Positions 8,875 through 19,365 are shown, numbered from the stretch's first letter. The stretch: DNA of 64,000 nt from Acidobacteriota bacterium (GCA_013286165.1 JABDGF010000002.1:30501-94500); one strand, 5' to 3'. The notes: generated by a model from the sequence alone, not told the origin. Numbers and translations are program-made.

Positions 8875-10563
8875 TCAGCGGTAGCGGTACAGGCGCACGC
8901 GGTAGATCCTGCCTTGCGCGAGGTCGGTGGCGAGGAGCTTTAGCGCCTGCCCTTGTGAGTTCTCGTCGCCATTCAGGCGACGGCGCGGCACCCATTCTCC
9001 ATTCACGTAAAACTCTTCATCGATGCTCTCGATGCCGACAATCGGCAGGCCCGGCTTGTCCGTGGAGAAAGTGATTTGTGCTTCGCCCGCGCCTGCGACG
9101 AGGAATTCATTTGGCGCGGTTTGTATGAAGATCGCGGCGACGCGTTTCGAGGCTGTGTTGTCGCTGGTGGATGCCGCGCCGATTCGCGCGAGCGTGATGT
9201 TGTAGTCGCCGAGCTGTACGCGCGCGGCACGTTGCGCTTCGCCTTCGAGCAATGCAGCGGTGATGCCGCCGGATGCTTGCTTCTCGAGGATTAATGGCGC
9301 GAGTTCGGAGAGAACCGTGTACGCCGCGCGGATCGCGTCGTTGTTCGGCAGCTCCGCCGCGTTTGTGATGCCTACCAAGTCGAGCGGCGCGTTGTCGCGA
9401 TCGTCGATGCCAAACGGCGAAAAGCCGATGGCCGCGAGACGGCCGAACGAGTACAACGCATTCGCGGCACCGGCGGCGCCACCTTGCGCTTCGGGAACGA
9501 ACAGCGGATTCCCGGGGCGCGCGTATCGACCTGCCCAGTAAGCAAACTCATTGAAGTAAATATCGGGCGAGAAGAAATCGAGCGACGGCGCGGCTGCGCG
9601 CCAGATGTCGAGAGAGTGAGGAAGCGGGCCGCCGCTGTTGTACTGGCCGGGCTCGTAGTTTGGGCGAATCAGCGCAGCGTTCGCATACATCGGAAGCGCG
9701 TATTCTGATTTGCCCGCGGCGGCGACGCGCTCGATGTATGTGGCGTATTGCCACGCCATGAAGAAGTCGTCGGTGAGCGGCGCGCTGCCAAAGACTTCCT
9801 GCCACGAGCCGGAGGTCTTCGCGCTTGCTGACTCCCACGCTGTGCGCAGCTCGGGCTCGAGCGTCGCTCGCTGCGCCTGTAGATACTTGATCAGCGAGGG
9901 CGGAACTTGCGACTTGAATGCGGCTTCGGCGACGGCGGAGTGGTCGCGCGATTCGGGGATCACACCGACTTCATTCTCCACTTGGACCATGAGCACAGTG
10001 TGCTGGTCGCGGTCGGCATCGCGCAGGTGCGCCATGAGTTTGGCGAAGGCGCGCGCGTCGTCGTCGCGGACGTTTGTGCTGAATGGCGAGAGGCGTTCGG
10101 TGCCGCGGCCGTCGGCGAGTTGGACGCGAGGGAAGCGGTCGAGATTGGATTTCACCCATGCGGGCGCGTAACTCGAGAAGGTGTTCTTCCACGCGCCGAA
10201 CCAGAGCACGATAATCTTCAGATTGTTGGCGCGCGCGCCTTCCAGCAAGCCGTCCACATTGCTGAAGTCGAATTGGCCTTCGCTCGGCTCGATGGTCTCC
10301 CACGCAATGGGAAGCAGCACGGTATTCAGGTGCATGGCGGCGAGACGCGGCCAAACGGGTTTCATGTACTCGACGCTGGAGGAGCTGGAATTGTGGACTT
10401 CGCCGCCGAGGATTAGGAACGGCTTACCGTCGACGATGAGTTGCGTGGCGCTGCCGTGTTTTTCTAAGTGAGGAGCGGCGGTAGATTGGGCGGCGCTTTC
10501 ACTGGCGCAAATGAGTGCGGCGCAGACCGCGAGACACGCGAGAAGTGTGGATTTTCGATTCAT
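8875..10563 (-). CDS. Secreted glycoside hydrolase, GH35-like beta-galactosidase family with DUF5597-like C-terminus
   Basis: Signal peptide MNRKSTLLACLAVCAALICASESAAQ from ATG 10563. TIM-barrel GH motifs FLILGGEVHNSSSSS, LPIAWETIEPSEGQFDF, VLWFGAWKN and VQVENEVG. The track start 10719 adds 52 unsupported aa. Confidence 0.75.
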   Translation of the reverse strand: MNRKSTLLACLAVCAALICASESAAQSTAAPHLEKHGSATQLIVDGKPFLILGGEVHNSSSSSVEYMKPVWPRLAAMHLNTVLLPIAWETIEPSEGQFDFSNVDGLLEGARANNLKIIVLWFGAWKNTFSSYAPAWVKSNLDRFPRVQLADGRGTERLSPFSTNVRDDDARAFAKLMAHLRDADRDQHTVLMVQVENEVGVIPESRDHSAVAEAAFKSQVPPSLIKYLQAQRATLEPELRTAWESASAKTSGSWQEVFGSAPLTDDFFMAWQYATYIERVAAAGKSEYALPMYANAALIRPNYEPGQYNSGGPLPHSLDIWRAAAPSLDFFSPDIYFNEFAYWAGRYARPGNPLFVPEAQGGAAGAANALYSFGRLAAIGFSPFGIDDRDNAPLDLVGITNAAELPNNDAIRAAYTVLSELAPLILEKQASGGITAALLEGEAQRAARVQLGDYNITLARIGAASTSDNTASKRVAAIFIQTAPNEFLVAGAGEAQITFSTDKPGLPIVGIESIDEEFYVNGEWVPRRRLNGDENSQGQALKLLATDLAQGRIYRVRLYRYR

Positions 10564-10980
10564 CACTGGACGGAAATGTAGCACATGGGGTGCAAAACAA
10601 TGGAAGGCGGCGCGAGTGAGTTTCGGGAGCTGAACAGTACGGTGACTCGGCGAGGGAGCCAGCCGGAGGCGGCGGGTAAATGGGGACCGGTGGTCGATGA
10701 ACAAGGCTGCGCGTCGCAAGAGTTTGAAGCGGAGGTCATGCGGTAAGCGGCCCGGCGGTCTCCCGCAGTCCCGAATGGAGCGGCACGGCTATGAAATGCG
10801 TCGAGGAATTGATGGCGCACAAGTGGGTGTTCATTAGCGGACGCTCGATACACGCACGCAATTTTTCCGCGGAAATCGCCACCACTTCGGAACTTTCACC
10901 GTCACAGCCGCGTAACAGTGAGTGGGTGTAGTCCGCCCAGGCCCACAAGATCCGACGACAGCCGCAAGACGGAGGCACCG

Positions 10981-13458
10981 ATGGGGACGTTCACCTCGCA
11001 ACTCAGGCAAGTGCTACGGCGGCTGGGCCGCGCGCCGCTTTTCACGATTGTGACGATCATCACGCTGGCCGTGGGCATCGGGGCGAATGCCGTGATCTTC
11101 GGCGTATTGAACGGGGTGCTGCTGAAACCGCTGCCCTATTCAAAGCCCAACGAACTCGTGGGCGTGTGGCTCAACGCTCCGGGCATCAATTTGCCGGTGC
11201 TGAATTTCTCGCCGTCCACTTACCTGATCGTCCGCGAACAGGGCGAATCCTTTCAGGATATCGCCGTGTACACGGGTGACGCTGCCACCGTGACCGGCAG
11301 CGGTGAGCCGGAACACGTGGATGGTCTCGACGTGACGGACGGAATGCTGGGCATTCTGGGCACGAAGCCTGCGCTGGGCCGCGGGTTCGCGCGCGCCGAT
11401 GACGAACCGGGCGCGCCGGAAACCGTCGTGATTACTTACGGTTACTGGACGAATAAATTCGGCTCCGATCCGAATGTGATCGGGCGCTCGATCACGATGG
11501 ATGGAACTCCGCGCCAAATCATCGGCGTGCTTCCGAAAGACTTCCGTTTTCTCGATTACCACGACGCGCAGTTCATGATTCCGTTCCATTTCGATCGCGC
11601 GAAACTCAAGCTCGGAAACTACAGCTTCAACGGAATCGCGCGTTTGAAGCCGGGCGTGACGCTCACGAAGGCCAACGCCGATCTTGCGCGGCTACTTCCC
11701 GTGGTGATTCGCAGCTTTCCGCTGCCCGATGGATTCAGCATGCAACTCTTCAACAGCGCGAGGATCGGGCCGGACGTTCATCCGCTGAAGCAAGACGTGG
11801 TGGGAGACGTCGGCAGCGTGTTGTGGCTTCTGATGGCGTCGATTGGCGGGGTGCTGCTGATCGCGTGCGCGAATGTGGCGAATCTTTTGCTCGTGCGCGT
11901 GGAAGGGCGGCGGCAGGAACTTGCGGTGCGATCGGCGCTGGGAGCGGGCTGGCGGCAGATCGCCAGTGACTTACTTTTTGAGAGCGCAACGCTCGGCGCG
12001 ATTGGAAGCGTGTTCGGCCTCGTGATCGCGTACGCCGGGTTGCGCCTACTCGTTTCGATGGCGCCCGATGGTTTGCCGCGGATCAATGAAATTGGTATCG
12101 ACGGTCCGGTGCTGCTTTTCGTTTTCGGCATTTCGATTCTGGTGAGCCTGCTGTGCGCGGTGATTCCGATTTTCAAGTACGCGCGCGCGCACGTCACCAC
12201 GGGCCTCCGCGAAGGCGGCCGCGCAATGAGCGGGTCGCGCGATCAGCACCGCGCACGCAGCGTGCTGGTGATCGCGCAGGTCGCGCTTGCGCTGGTGCTG
12301 CTGATCTGCTCGGGCTTGATGATCCGGACGTTCCGCGCGCTGACGCAGGTGAATCCGGGATTCACGGACCCGAAGACGATCGCGTCGTTCCGCATCAGCA
12401 TTCCCGAAGCAATCGTGGCGAAAGATAAGGACGACGAGCTTCTGCGTTTCGAGGAGCAGATTCTGCAGAAGATTCAGGCGATTCCCGGCGTGCAGTCGGC
12501 GGCGTTCTCCTCGAAAGTGCCGCTCGATGGAAATGGTGCGAACGATCCTGTGTTCGCCGAAGACAAAACCTATCAAGATGGCGCAGACATGCCGTTGACG
12601 CGCTTCATTTTTATGACTCCCGGCTATTTGCAGACGATTGGCACTCCACTGATCGCCGGCCGCGATTACACCTGGGACGATCTCTACAACAAAAAGCCCG
12701 TCGCGATGGTTTCTGAAAATCTGGCGAAAAAAAACTGGGGCTCCGCGGAAGCGGCGATTGGCAAGCGCGTTCGCGTCGCGTCGGTTGACGATTGGCGCGA
12801 GGTCGTCGGCGTGGTGGGCGACATTCACCAGGACGGGATGAATAAGGACGCGCCGCGCACCGCTTTCTGGCCGATCCTGATGTCGAAATTCGAGGGCCAA
12901 CCGATGCGCTCGGAACGCTACGTCGGCTACGTGATTCGCAGCCCACGTGCCGGGTCGGAAGCGTTTATGAGCGAAGTGCGGCAGGCGGTGTGGAGTGTGA
13001 ATGCGAATCTGCCGCTATCGAATGTTCACACGGTGGAATTTTATTATCAGTCCGCAATGGCGCGCACGTCGTTCACGCTGATCATGCTGGTGGTGGCGGG
13101 TGCGATGGCGCTGATGCTGGGCGTTGTGGGAATCTACGGCGTGATTGCGTACTCGGTGTCGCAGCGGAAGCGCGAAATCGGGATTCGCATGGCGCTCGGT
13201 GCGCAGCGCGAGACAGTGAGCGGCATGTTTGTGCGCGACGGGCTGATTCTCACTGGCATCGGAGTGGCGTGCGGATTGATCGGCGCGGCAGTCGCGATGC
13301 GGCTGATGGCGTCGGTGCTTTTCCATGTGAAGCCGGTGGACCCGGTCACTTACGTCGGGATGTCGATTGGCGTTGTGGCTGTGGCCTTCGTGGCGAGCTA
13401 CTTGCCGGCGCGGCGGGCGTCGTCTGTGGATCCGATCGAAACACTTCGCGGCGAGTAG
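10981..13458 (+). CDS. ADOP-family duplicated FtsX/MacB-type ABC permease
   Basis: 825 aa from ATG 10981, with GGAGG at 10971-10975. N-terminus LRRLGRAPLFTIVTIITLAVGIGANAVIF, followed by two tandem MacB-periplasmic-domain + FtsX TM modules. This is the architecture of the acidobacterial duplicated orphan permeases. Confidence 0.9.
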   Translation: MGTFTSQLRQVLRRLGRAPLFTIVTIITLAVGIGANAVIFGVLNGVLLKPLPYSKPNELVGVWLNAPGINLPVLNFSPSTYLIVREQGESFQDIAVYTGDAATVTGSGEPEHVDGLDVTDGMLGILGTKPALGRGFARADDEPGAPETVVITYGYWTNKFGSDPNVIGRSITMDGTPRQIIGVLPKDFRFLDYHDAQFMIPFHFDRAKLKLGNYSFNGIARLKPGVTLTKANADLARLLPVVIRSFPLPDGFSMQLFNSARIGPDVHPLKQDVVGDVGSVLWLLMASIGGVLLIACANVANLLLVRVEGRRQELAVRSALGAGWRQIASDLLFESATLGAIGSVFGLVIAYAGLRLLVSMAPDGLPRINEIGIDGPVLLFVFGISILVSLLCAVIPIFKYARAHVTTGLREGGRAMSGSRDQHRARSVLVIAQVALALVLLICSGLMIRTFRALTQVNPGFTDPKTIASFRISIPEAIVAKDKDDELLRFEEQILQKIQAIPGVQSAAFSSKVPLDGNGANDPVFAEDKTYQDGADMPLTRFIFMTPGYLQTIGTPLIAGRDYTWDDLYNKKPVAMVSENLAKKNWGSAEAAIGKRVRVASVDDWREVVGVVGDIHQDGMNKDAPRTAFWPILMSKFEGQPMRSERYVGYVIRSPRAGSEAFMSEVRQAVWSVNANLPLSNVHTVEFYYQSAMARTSFTLIMLVVAGAMALMLGVVGIYGVIAYSVSQRKREIGIRMALGAQRETVSGMFVRDGLILTGIGVACGLIGAAVAMRLMASVLFHVKPVDPVTYVGMSIGVVAVAFVASYLPARRASSVDPIETLRGE

Positions 13459-13474
13459 CCCATCGCGGAGACAC

Positions 13475-13524
13475 GCGGCGGCAGCGGAAGGGAAGCAAAC
13501 GTACGCGCCCGCCGCTGCCGCCGC
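13475..13524 (+). terminator. GC-rich hairpin downstream of permease gene (possible terminator)
   Basis: Perfect 13-bp stem GCGGCGGCAGCGG (13475-13487) / CCGCTGCCGCCGC (13512-13524), 24-nt loop, starting 17 nt after the stop. No U-tract directly follows, so factor-independent termination is uncertain. Confidence 0.3.
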
Positions 13525-13610
13525 ACGCGTTAGAAGAGTTGAAGCCAGCCCCGCGCGCGAGCGCGGAAGCCCACCTGAGCAGTACGTTTTTTCGTTCATC
13601 CACAAGTGCC

Positions 13611-13640
13611 TTGACACGCGTTCGGCGCGTGTACTATAAG
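13611..13640 (+). promoter_or_regulatory. Sigma70-like promoter with embedded palindrome upstream of iolB
   Basis: Consensus -35 TTGACA (13611-13616). -10 candidates TACTAT/CTATAA/TATAAG (13632-13640) at 15-18 nt spacing. Palindrome ACACGCG-TTCGG-CGCGTGT (13614-13632) fills the spacer. Confidence 0.4.
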
Positions 13641-13747
13641 CATGGCTCAGCTAACCGCTTATATGTTTTGCGAGTTTTGCGCGCGCCGCACGATCCGGCG
13701 AGCGCGACTCTGCCGCGAGCGGTGGCACAGCTTTTCAGAGAGCGACT

Positions 13748-14614
13748 TTGAGCCTGAAAAACGAAAACGTGGTGCGGTCGCGCGGTTTGAAGGCCGGAGT
13801 TGGCGGGGAACTGGTGGGATTCTCGCGCGAGGCCGTCGGGTGGGAGTGGATGAGTTTCGCGGCGCACCGTTTGCTGCCGGGCGACGCGTGGACCTGCAAA
13901 CATCCGGGCGAAGAGACGGCGTGCGTCGTGCTGTCCGGCGTTTGCTCGGTGACGATCGACGGAAAAACGCAGGACATTGGCGAGCGCAAAAGCGTCTTCG
14001 ACGGACTTCCTTATGCGGTGTACGTGGCGCCGGGCTCCGCGGTGGAATTCAAAGCCAAAACGATTTGCGAAATTGCCGAGTGCCACGTGCCATCGACAGC
14101 GACGCATCCTTCGCGGATCGTGACGCCGCGCGACGTGTTCTCGGCGTTTCGCGGTGGCGGCAATGCGTCGCGCCAGGTGGTGGATGTGATGCGTCCGGAT
14201 TTTCCGGGCGACCGGCTGATGGTGATCGAGGTTTATACACCGGGCGGAAATTGGTCGAGCTACCCGCCGCACAAGCACGAAGTGCACAACCCGCCGCAGG
14301 AAGTGGATCTCGACGAAATTTATTACTACCGCGCGAACCATCCGAACGCGTTTGCGCTGCAGCGACTTTATTCTTCAGACGGAAAGCGCGACATCGTAAT
14401 CAACGCGCGCGACAACGATGTGGTGCTGGTGCGCGACGGATTCCATCCTGTGGTGGCCGGGCCCGGCTACGACATCTACTATCTGAATTTTCTGGCGGGC
14501 AGCGCACGCGCGCTTTCAGTCACTGAGGATTCGGATCACGTGTGGCTGAAATCGACGTGGAAAGAAATCGATCCGCGCCTGCCGGTGGTGGCGCTCACGG
14601 AAAATAAATCCTAG
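13748..14614 (+). CDS. iolB: 5-deoxy-glucuronate isomerase
   Basis: 288 aa with a TTG start. KduI/IolB cupin motif GGNWSSYPPHKHEVHNPPQEVDLDEIYYYR. Confidence 0.85.
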   Translation: MSLKNENVVRSRGLKAGVGGELVGFSREAVGWEWMSFAAHRLLPGDAWTCKHPGEETACVVLSGVCSVTIDGKTQDIGERKSVFDGLPYAVYVAPGSAVEFKAKTICEIAECHVPSTATHPSRIVTPRDVFSAFRGGGNASRQVVDVMRPDFPGDRLMVIEVYTPGGNWSSYPPHKHEVHNPPQEVDLDEIYYYRANHPNAFALQRLYSSDGKRDIVINARDNDVVLVRDGFHPVVAGPGYDIYYLNFLAGSARALSVTEDSDHVWLKSTWKEIDPRLPVVALTENKS

Positions 14615-14634
14615 CCCGTTGCGCGCGCGGATTT

Positions 14635-15705
14635 TTAGGCGTGTGTGGTGGCTTTGTGAACGACGCGCAGAAATCCGCAGGAATCGCGAACGCGCAGCTG
14701 CGGCTGCAGCGTAACGGTGCGCGGGCGGCCCTTTTCGCCCTGTATGCGATCGAGCAGCAGATTCACGGCGGTTTCGCCCAATTCGTACTTGGGTAGTTCG
14801 ATCGTGGTGAGGCGCGGCGTGAAGCAGCCGAGCCAGGGATAATCGTCGAAGCTCACGAGGCCGAAATCTTCGGGGCAGCGCATTCCCATTTCGTTTGCGG
14901 CGGTCATGAAGCCGACGGTCATCAGGTAGTTGGTGACGAGCACGGCATCGGGACGCAGCGGCAAGAGCGCGAGGCCGGCGCGATGGCCGGAATCGATGCG
15001 GTAGTCGCCGTGAAATTCGAGCGCGGGCTCGATGGAGAGGCCGGCTTCTTCTAGAGCTTTGCGGTAACCGTGGCGGCGCGAGATGGCGTTGCTTACGTGT
15101 TCTGGACCGCCGACGAGCGCGATGCGGCGATGGCCGTTCCGGATTAAGTGCGCGACGGCATCGTGCGCGCCTTTTTCGTCGTCGGTTTGCACGATGTCTG
15201 CTTTGAGGTTCGGGCATGAGCGCATCAGCAGCGCGACGGGAATCTGGGCGTCGCTGAGCATCTTGCGATGCACGGCGGAAAGTTCGCCCGGCGTTTTATT
15301 GAGAATGATTCCATCAACGCGCTTTGAGATCAGCAAGTCGAGATAGAGAGTTTCTTTTTCCTGCTTGTCGTCGCTATTGCAGAGCAGCACGCTGTAGCCG
15401 GCTTTTTGCGCGGCGTCTTCGGCGGCGCGAACGATGGCGGGGAAGAACGGGTTCGCGATATCGGTGACCACCATGCCGATGGTGTGGGTCTGATGTTTCG
15501 CGAGGCTGCGCGCGAGAAGGTTGGGGCGGTAATTGAGTTTGGCGACGGCGGCCTTGACGCGTCGGACCAGCGTGGCGCTGACCCAAGTTTTATTGTTGAT
15601 GACGGCGGAGACGGTGAAGACGGAGACTTTGGCCTCGCGCGCGACGTCGTAAATGCTGGGAGCTTTCGATCCGGCGGATCGTTTGCGGTTTTTTTTCTCG
15701 GGCAT
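14635..15705 (-). CDS. LacI-family transcriptional regulator
   Basis: 356 aa. N-terminal HTH SIYDVAREAKVSVFTVSAVINN plus a sugar-binding PBP-like core. Confidence 0.9.
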   Translation of the reverse strand: MPEKKNRKRSAGSKAPSIYDVAREAKVSVFTVSAVINNKTWVSATLVRRVKAAVAKLNYRPNLLARSLAKHQTHTIGMVVTDIANPFFPAIVRAAEDAAQKAGYSVLLCNSDDKQEKETLYLDLLISKRVDGIILNKTPGELSAVHRKMLSDAQIPVALLMRSCPNLKADIVQTDDEKGAHDAVAHLIRNGHRRIALVGGPEHVSNAISRRHGYRKALEEAGLSIEPALEFHGDYRIDSGHRAGLALLPLRPDAVLVTNYLMTVGFMTAANEMGMRCPEDFGLVSFDDYPWLGCFTPRLTTIELPKYELGETAVNLLLDRIQGEKGRPRTVTLQPQLRVRDSCGFLRVVHKATTHA

Positions 15706-15947
15706 CGAAGACGGTTTTCCGCTACGCCTTTCCTAGATTGTTAGGTGCTGCAGCGGCAACTCGGTTGCGGCGGCAACCCCAAGCTACGACAAAAGTGCGG
15801 TGCCTGTCAAAGCGGTTAGAGGGGCAATCGAGGCAGCGGGTGGCGGTTTCAAGCTGCATCGCTGTTCTCTCGTCTAAGCGGCTGCGGAAAATGGCGAGTT
15901 ATCTAAGCGGTTTTTTCATTGGAGATTTCTTTGGCGTCAGCTAAGGT

Positions 15948-17435
15948 GTGGGGAATGTCGCCGCGCATTCGAGGCCGGGCCTGAAATTGGATACGCCTCT
16001 CACCCCTGCTGTAGCCGCCCCGAACGCTCCCGAGCGGATGGTGCGCCGGCTCGGCCTGCTCAACGCGATTTCCATCAACATGTCGAACATGGTCGGGACG
16101 GGACCGTTCATCACGGTGCCGGCGATTCTGGCCACGATGGGCGGGCCGCAGGCGCTGCTGGCGTGGGGCGTTGGCGCGATGCTGGCGATTGCGGACGGAC
16201 TGGTGTTCGCGGAGCTGGGCGCGGCGATTCCCGCGTCGGGTGGATCGTACATTTTTCTGCGCGAGACTTTCGGCCGGCAAAAATGGGGCCGGATGCTGGC
16301 GTGGGTGTTCGTGTGGCAATTTCTTTTCAGCGGCACGCTCGAGATCGCGACGAGCAGCATTGGCATGGCGGAGTATTTCGGTTTTCTGTGGCCGGGCCTG
16401 CTGAAATACGCGTGGGGCATCAAGTTGGTAGCGGCGGCGGTGACGGGCCTCGCGATGCTGGCGCTCTACCGGAAAATTCAAGACATCGTGAAGCTGATGC
16501 TGATTCTGTGGATCGGCATGCTGCTGACAGCGGCGTGGGTGATCGTAACCGGCTTCATGCACATGAACCCGAAGCTGCTGCTGGATTTTCCGCCGGGCGC
16601 GTTCACGCTGGGGATTCCGTTCATTCTCGGCTTGGGGAACGGGACGATCCTCGTGATGTTTAATTTTCTCGGGTACTACCAGATCTGCTACCTAGGCGAC
16701 GAAGTGAAGCAGCCGCAGCGGACGATTCCGTACGGCGTGATCGTTTCGATTCTGGTGGTGATGGTGATCGATTTCCTCATTTCGATCAGCTTCACTGGCG
16801 TGATTCCGTGGCGAGAAATGATTCAGCCGGGGACGATGGCGTACAACGCGATCGGGTCGGTGTACATGCAGCGCATTGGTGGGCCGTGGTGGTCCGCGCT
16901 GATGACGATCATGGTGGAGATCACGGCGTTTGCGGCGACGTACGCGATGATGCTGGGCTATTCGCGATTGCCTTACGCTGCGGCGCTGGATGGCGCGTTC
17001 TTCCGGTGGTTTGCGAAGCTGCATCCGACGCGGCAGTTTCCGCACCGGTCGCTGCTGCTCGTCGGGTTTCTGTGCATGATCCCGTGCTGCTTCGATCTGG
17101 TGCAGGTGATCACGGCGCTGATGCTGGCGCGCATTTTGTCGATGTTCGTCGCGCAAATTATTGGGCTATTGATCTGGCGGCACTCGAAGCCGGATTCGCC
17201 GCGGCCATTTCGCATGTGGCTGTATCCGGTGCCCGCGCTGTTCGCGCTGGCGGGGTGGATCATGGTTTTCGTTACGCCGGCGTTGCAACCGGGCGGCTGG
17301 CGTTACATGCTTTACGCGTTTGGGACGATCTTTCTGGGATTCGCGGCGTTTCTGATTTTGGCGTGGCGGAAAAAGGAATGGCCGTTTGGTAATGCGGAAG
17401 AGGAAATCCGTCCCGCGCCTGCGCCCGCGATTTAA
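15948..17435 (+). CDS. APC-superfamily amino acid/polyamine permease
   Basis: 495 aa with about 12 TM helices. APC-type N-terminus LGLLNAISINMSNMVGTGPFITVP. Start is either GTG 15948 or ATG 16038. Confidence 0.85.
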   Translation: MGNVAAHSRPGLKLDTPLTPAVAAPNAPERMVRRLGLLNAISINMSNMVGTGPFITVPAILATMGGPQALLAWGVGAMLAIADGLVFAELGAAIPASGGSYIFLRETFGRQKWGRMLAWVFVWQFLFSGTLEIATSSIGMAEYFGFLWPGLLKYAWGIKLVAAAVTGLAMLALYRKIQDIVKLMLILWIGMLLTAAWVIVTGFMHMNPKLLLDFPPGAFTLGIPFILGLGNGTILVMFNFLGYYQICYLGDEVKQPQRTIPYGVIVSILVVMVIDFLISISFTGVIPWREMIQPGTMAYNAIGSVYMQRIGGPWWSALMTIMVEITAFAATYAMMLGYSRLPYAAALDGAFFRWFAKLHPTRQFPHRSLLLVGFLCMIPCCFDLVQVITALMLARILSMFVAQIIGLLIWRHSKPDSPRPFRMWLYPVPALFALAGWIMVFVTPALQPGGWRYMLYAFGTIFLGFAAFLILAWRKKEWPFGNAEEEIRPAPAPAI

Positions 17436-17496
17436 ACGTACGCAAATGTTTTTGTGAAAGTTGTGATTTGTTTTTGACTTTGGCGGCAGGTGAGAC

Positions 17497-19365
17497 ATGG
17501 CCATTCGATTGACCACCGCGCAGGCGATTGTGCGGTTCCTGAAAGTCCAATACAGCTCGCGCGACGGAGTGGCGCAGCCGTTCTTCGCGGGGTGCTTCGG
17601 CATTTTCGGCCACGGCAATGTGGCGGGCATCGGCGAGGCGCTGCAGGAGAATCCGGACCTTCCTTATTACTTGTGCCGCAACGAGCAGGCGATGGTTCAC
17701 ACCGCCGCTGCGTTCGCAAAAATGAGCAACCGGTTGCGCACGCTTGTGTGCACCACGTCGGTGGGCCCCGGTGCAACGAACATGGTGACGGGCGCGGCAG
17801 GCGCGACGATCAACCGGCTGCCGGTGCTGCTGCTTCCCGGCGATATTTTCGTGCGCCGCAACGTGGCGCCGGTGCTGCAGCAACTCGAATCGCCATCGTC
17901 GCAAGACGTTTCGGTGAACGATTGCTTCAAGCCCGTCTCGCGCTACTGGGATCGCATCTCGCGGCCTGAACAAATTCTGTACGCGTTGCCGGAAGCGCTG
18001 CGTGTGCTCACGTCGCCGAGTGAAACGGGCGCGGTGACGCTGGCCCTGCCGCAGGACGTGCAAGCCGAGGCATACGATTTTCCGGAGTCATTCTTCGAGA
18101 AGCGCGTGTGGAACGTACCGCGAGCGCGCGCCGACGTGAAGCAGCTCGAACGCGCAGTGAAGTGGATTCAGGCGGCGAAGCGTCCGCTGATCGTTGCGGG
18201 CGGCGGCGCGATTTATTCGGGCGCGACGGACGCGCTTGCGGCGTTCGCGTCGAAGACGGGAATTCCTGTTGGCGAGACGCAGGCAGGGAAGGGCTCGCTG
18301 AATTTCGATCACGCGCAGTGCGCGGGCGCGATTGGAGCGACGGGCACTTCCGCTGCGAACAAGCTCGCGGACCAAGCCGATCTGATTATCGGGATCGGCA
18401 CGCGCTACAGCGACTTCACTACGGCATCGGTGACTGCGTTTCAAAATCCGGCGGTGCGATTCATCAATATTAATGTGGCGGAATTCGACTCGGCGAAGAA
18501 CGGGGCGCTGCCGCTCACGGCCGACGCGAAAGTTACGCTCGAAGAACTCGGCGCGGCGCTCGGTTCGTATGCTGTAGCGAAACCGTACGCGGAAGAAATT
18601 GGGAAGCTCCGAACCGAGTGGGACGCGGAAGTCGATCGCATCTACGCGCGGCGCGTGGGACCGCCGCTGAGCCAGGGCGAAGTGGTCGGACTGCTCAATC
18701 GGACGCTTGGCGCGAAAGACGTGATCGTGTGCGCCGCGGGCAGTCTGCCCGGCGACCTACATAAATTGTGGCGCACGCGCGATCCCAAGGGCTACCACAT
18801 GGAGTACGGCTACTCGTGCATGGGCTACGAAATCGCGGGCGGCTTGGGCGTGAAGATGGCGGACCCGTCGCGCGAGGTTTACGTGCTGGTCGGCGACGCG
18901 TCGTACTTGATGATGTCGCAGGAAATCGTCACGGCAGTGCAGGAGCGCATCAAGATCAATGTCGTGCTGCTCGATAACCACGGATTTTCGAGCATCGGTG
19001 GGCTGAGTCGCACTGTGGGCAGCGGCGGATTCGGCACCGAGTATCGCTTCGCCGGTGGAGATCACAACAGCACGCCGCTGCCGATTGATTTTGCGGCGAA
19101 TGCGGCGAGCCTCGGCGCGCACGCTGTTCGTGCGAAGACGCTTGATGACGTGAAAGCCGCGCTTGCCGTGGGCAAAAGTTCAACACAGACGATCGTGATC
19201 GTCGTCGAGACGGACTACAACGACCGCGTCGGCGGCTACAACTCATGGTGGGATGTGCCCGTGTCTGAAGTGTCTACGATTCCCGCGGTGCAGGAAGCGT
19301 CGCGGAAATATCAGGAAGCGAAGCGCCGCGAACGGTACTTTGTTCCTCCTCGCGATGAGAATTAG
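17497..19365 (+). CDS. iolD: 3D-(3,5/4)-trihydroxycyclohexane-1,2-dione acylhydrolase (ThDP-dependent)
   Basis: 622 aa. N-terminus MAIRLTTAQAIVRFLKVQY..FGIFGHGNVAG and ThDP-binding GDASYLMMSQEI..LDNHGF, as in IolD. Confidence 0.9.
   Translation: MAIRLTTAQAIVRFLKVQYSSRDGVAQPFFAGCFGIFGHGNVAGIGEALQENPDLPYYLCRNEQAMVHTAAAFAKMSNRLRTLVCTTSVGPGATNMVTGAAGATINRLPVLLLPGDIFVRRNVAPVLQQLESPSSQDVSVNDCFKPVSRYWDRISRPEQILYALPEALRVLTSPSETGAVTLALPQDVQAEAYDFPESFFEKRVWNVPRARADVKQLERAVKWIQAAKRPLIVAGGGAIYSGATDALAAFASKTGIPVGETQAGKGSLNFDHAQCAGAIGATGTSAANKLADQADLIIGIGTRYSDFTTASVTAFQNPAVRFININVAEFDSAKNGALPLTADAKVTLEELGAALGSYAVAKPYAEEIGKLRTEWDAEVDRIYARRVGPPLSQGEVVGLLNRTLGAKDVIVCAAGSLPGDLHKLWRTRDPKGYHMEYGYSCMGYEIAGGLGVKMADPSREVYVLVGDASYLMMSQEIVTAVQERIKINVVLLDNHGFSSIGGLSRTVGSGGFGTEYRFAGGDHNSTPLPIDFAANAASLGAHAVRAKTLDDVKAALAVGKSSTQTIVIVVETDYNDRVGGYNSWWDVPVSEVSTIPAVQEASRKYQEAKRRERYFVPPRDEN

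Noticed and set aside
13642-14526. 294-aa plus-strand ORF overlapping iolB in another frame
   Set aside because: Arg-rich alternative-frame ORF; the iolB frame carries the diagnostic KduI/IolB motif.
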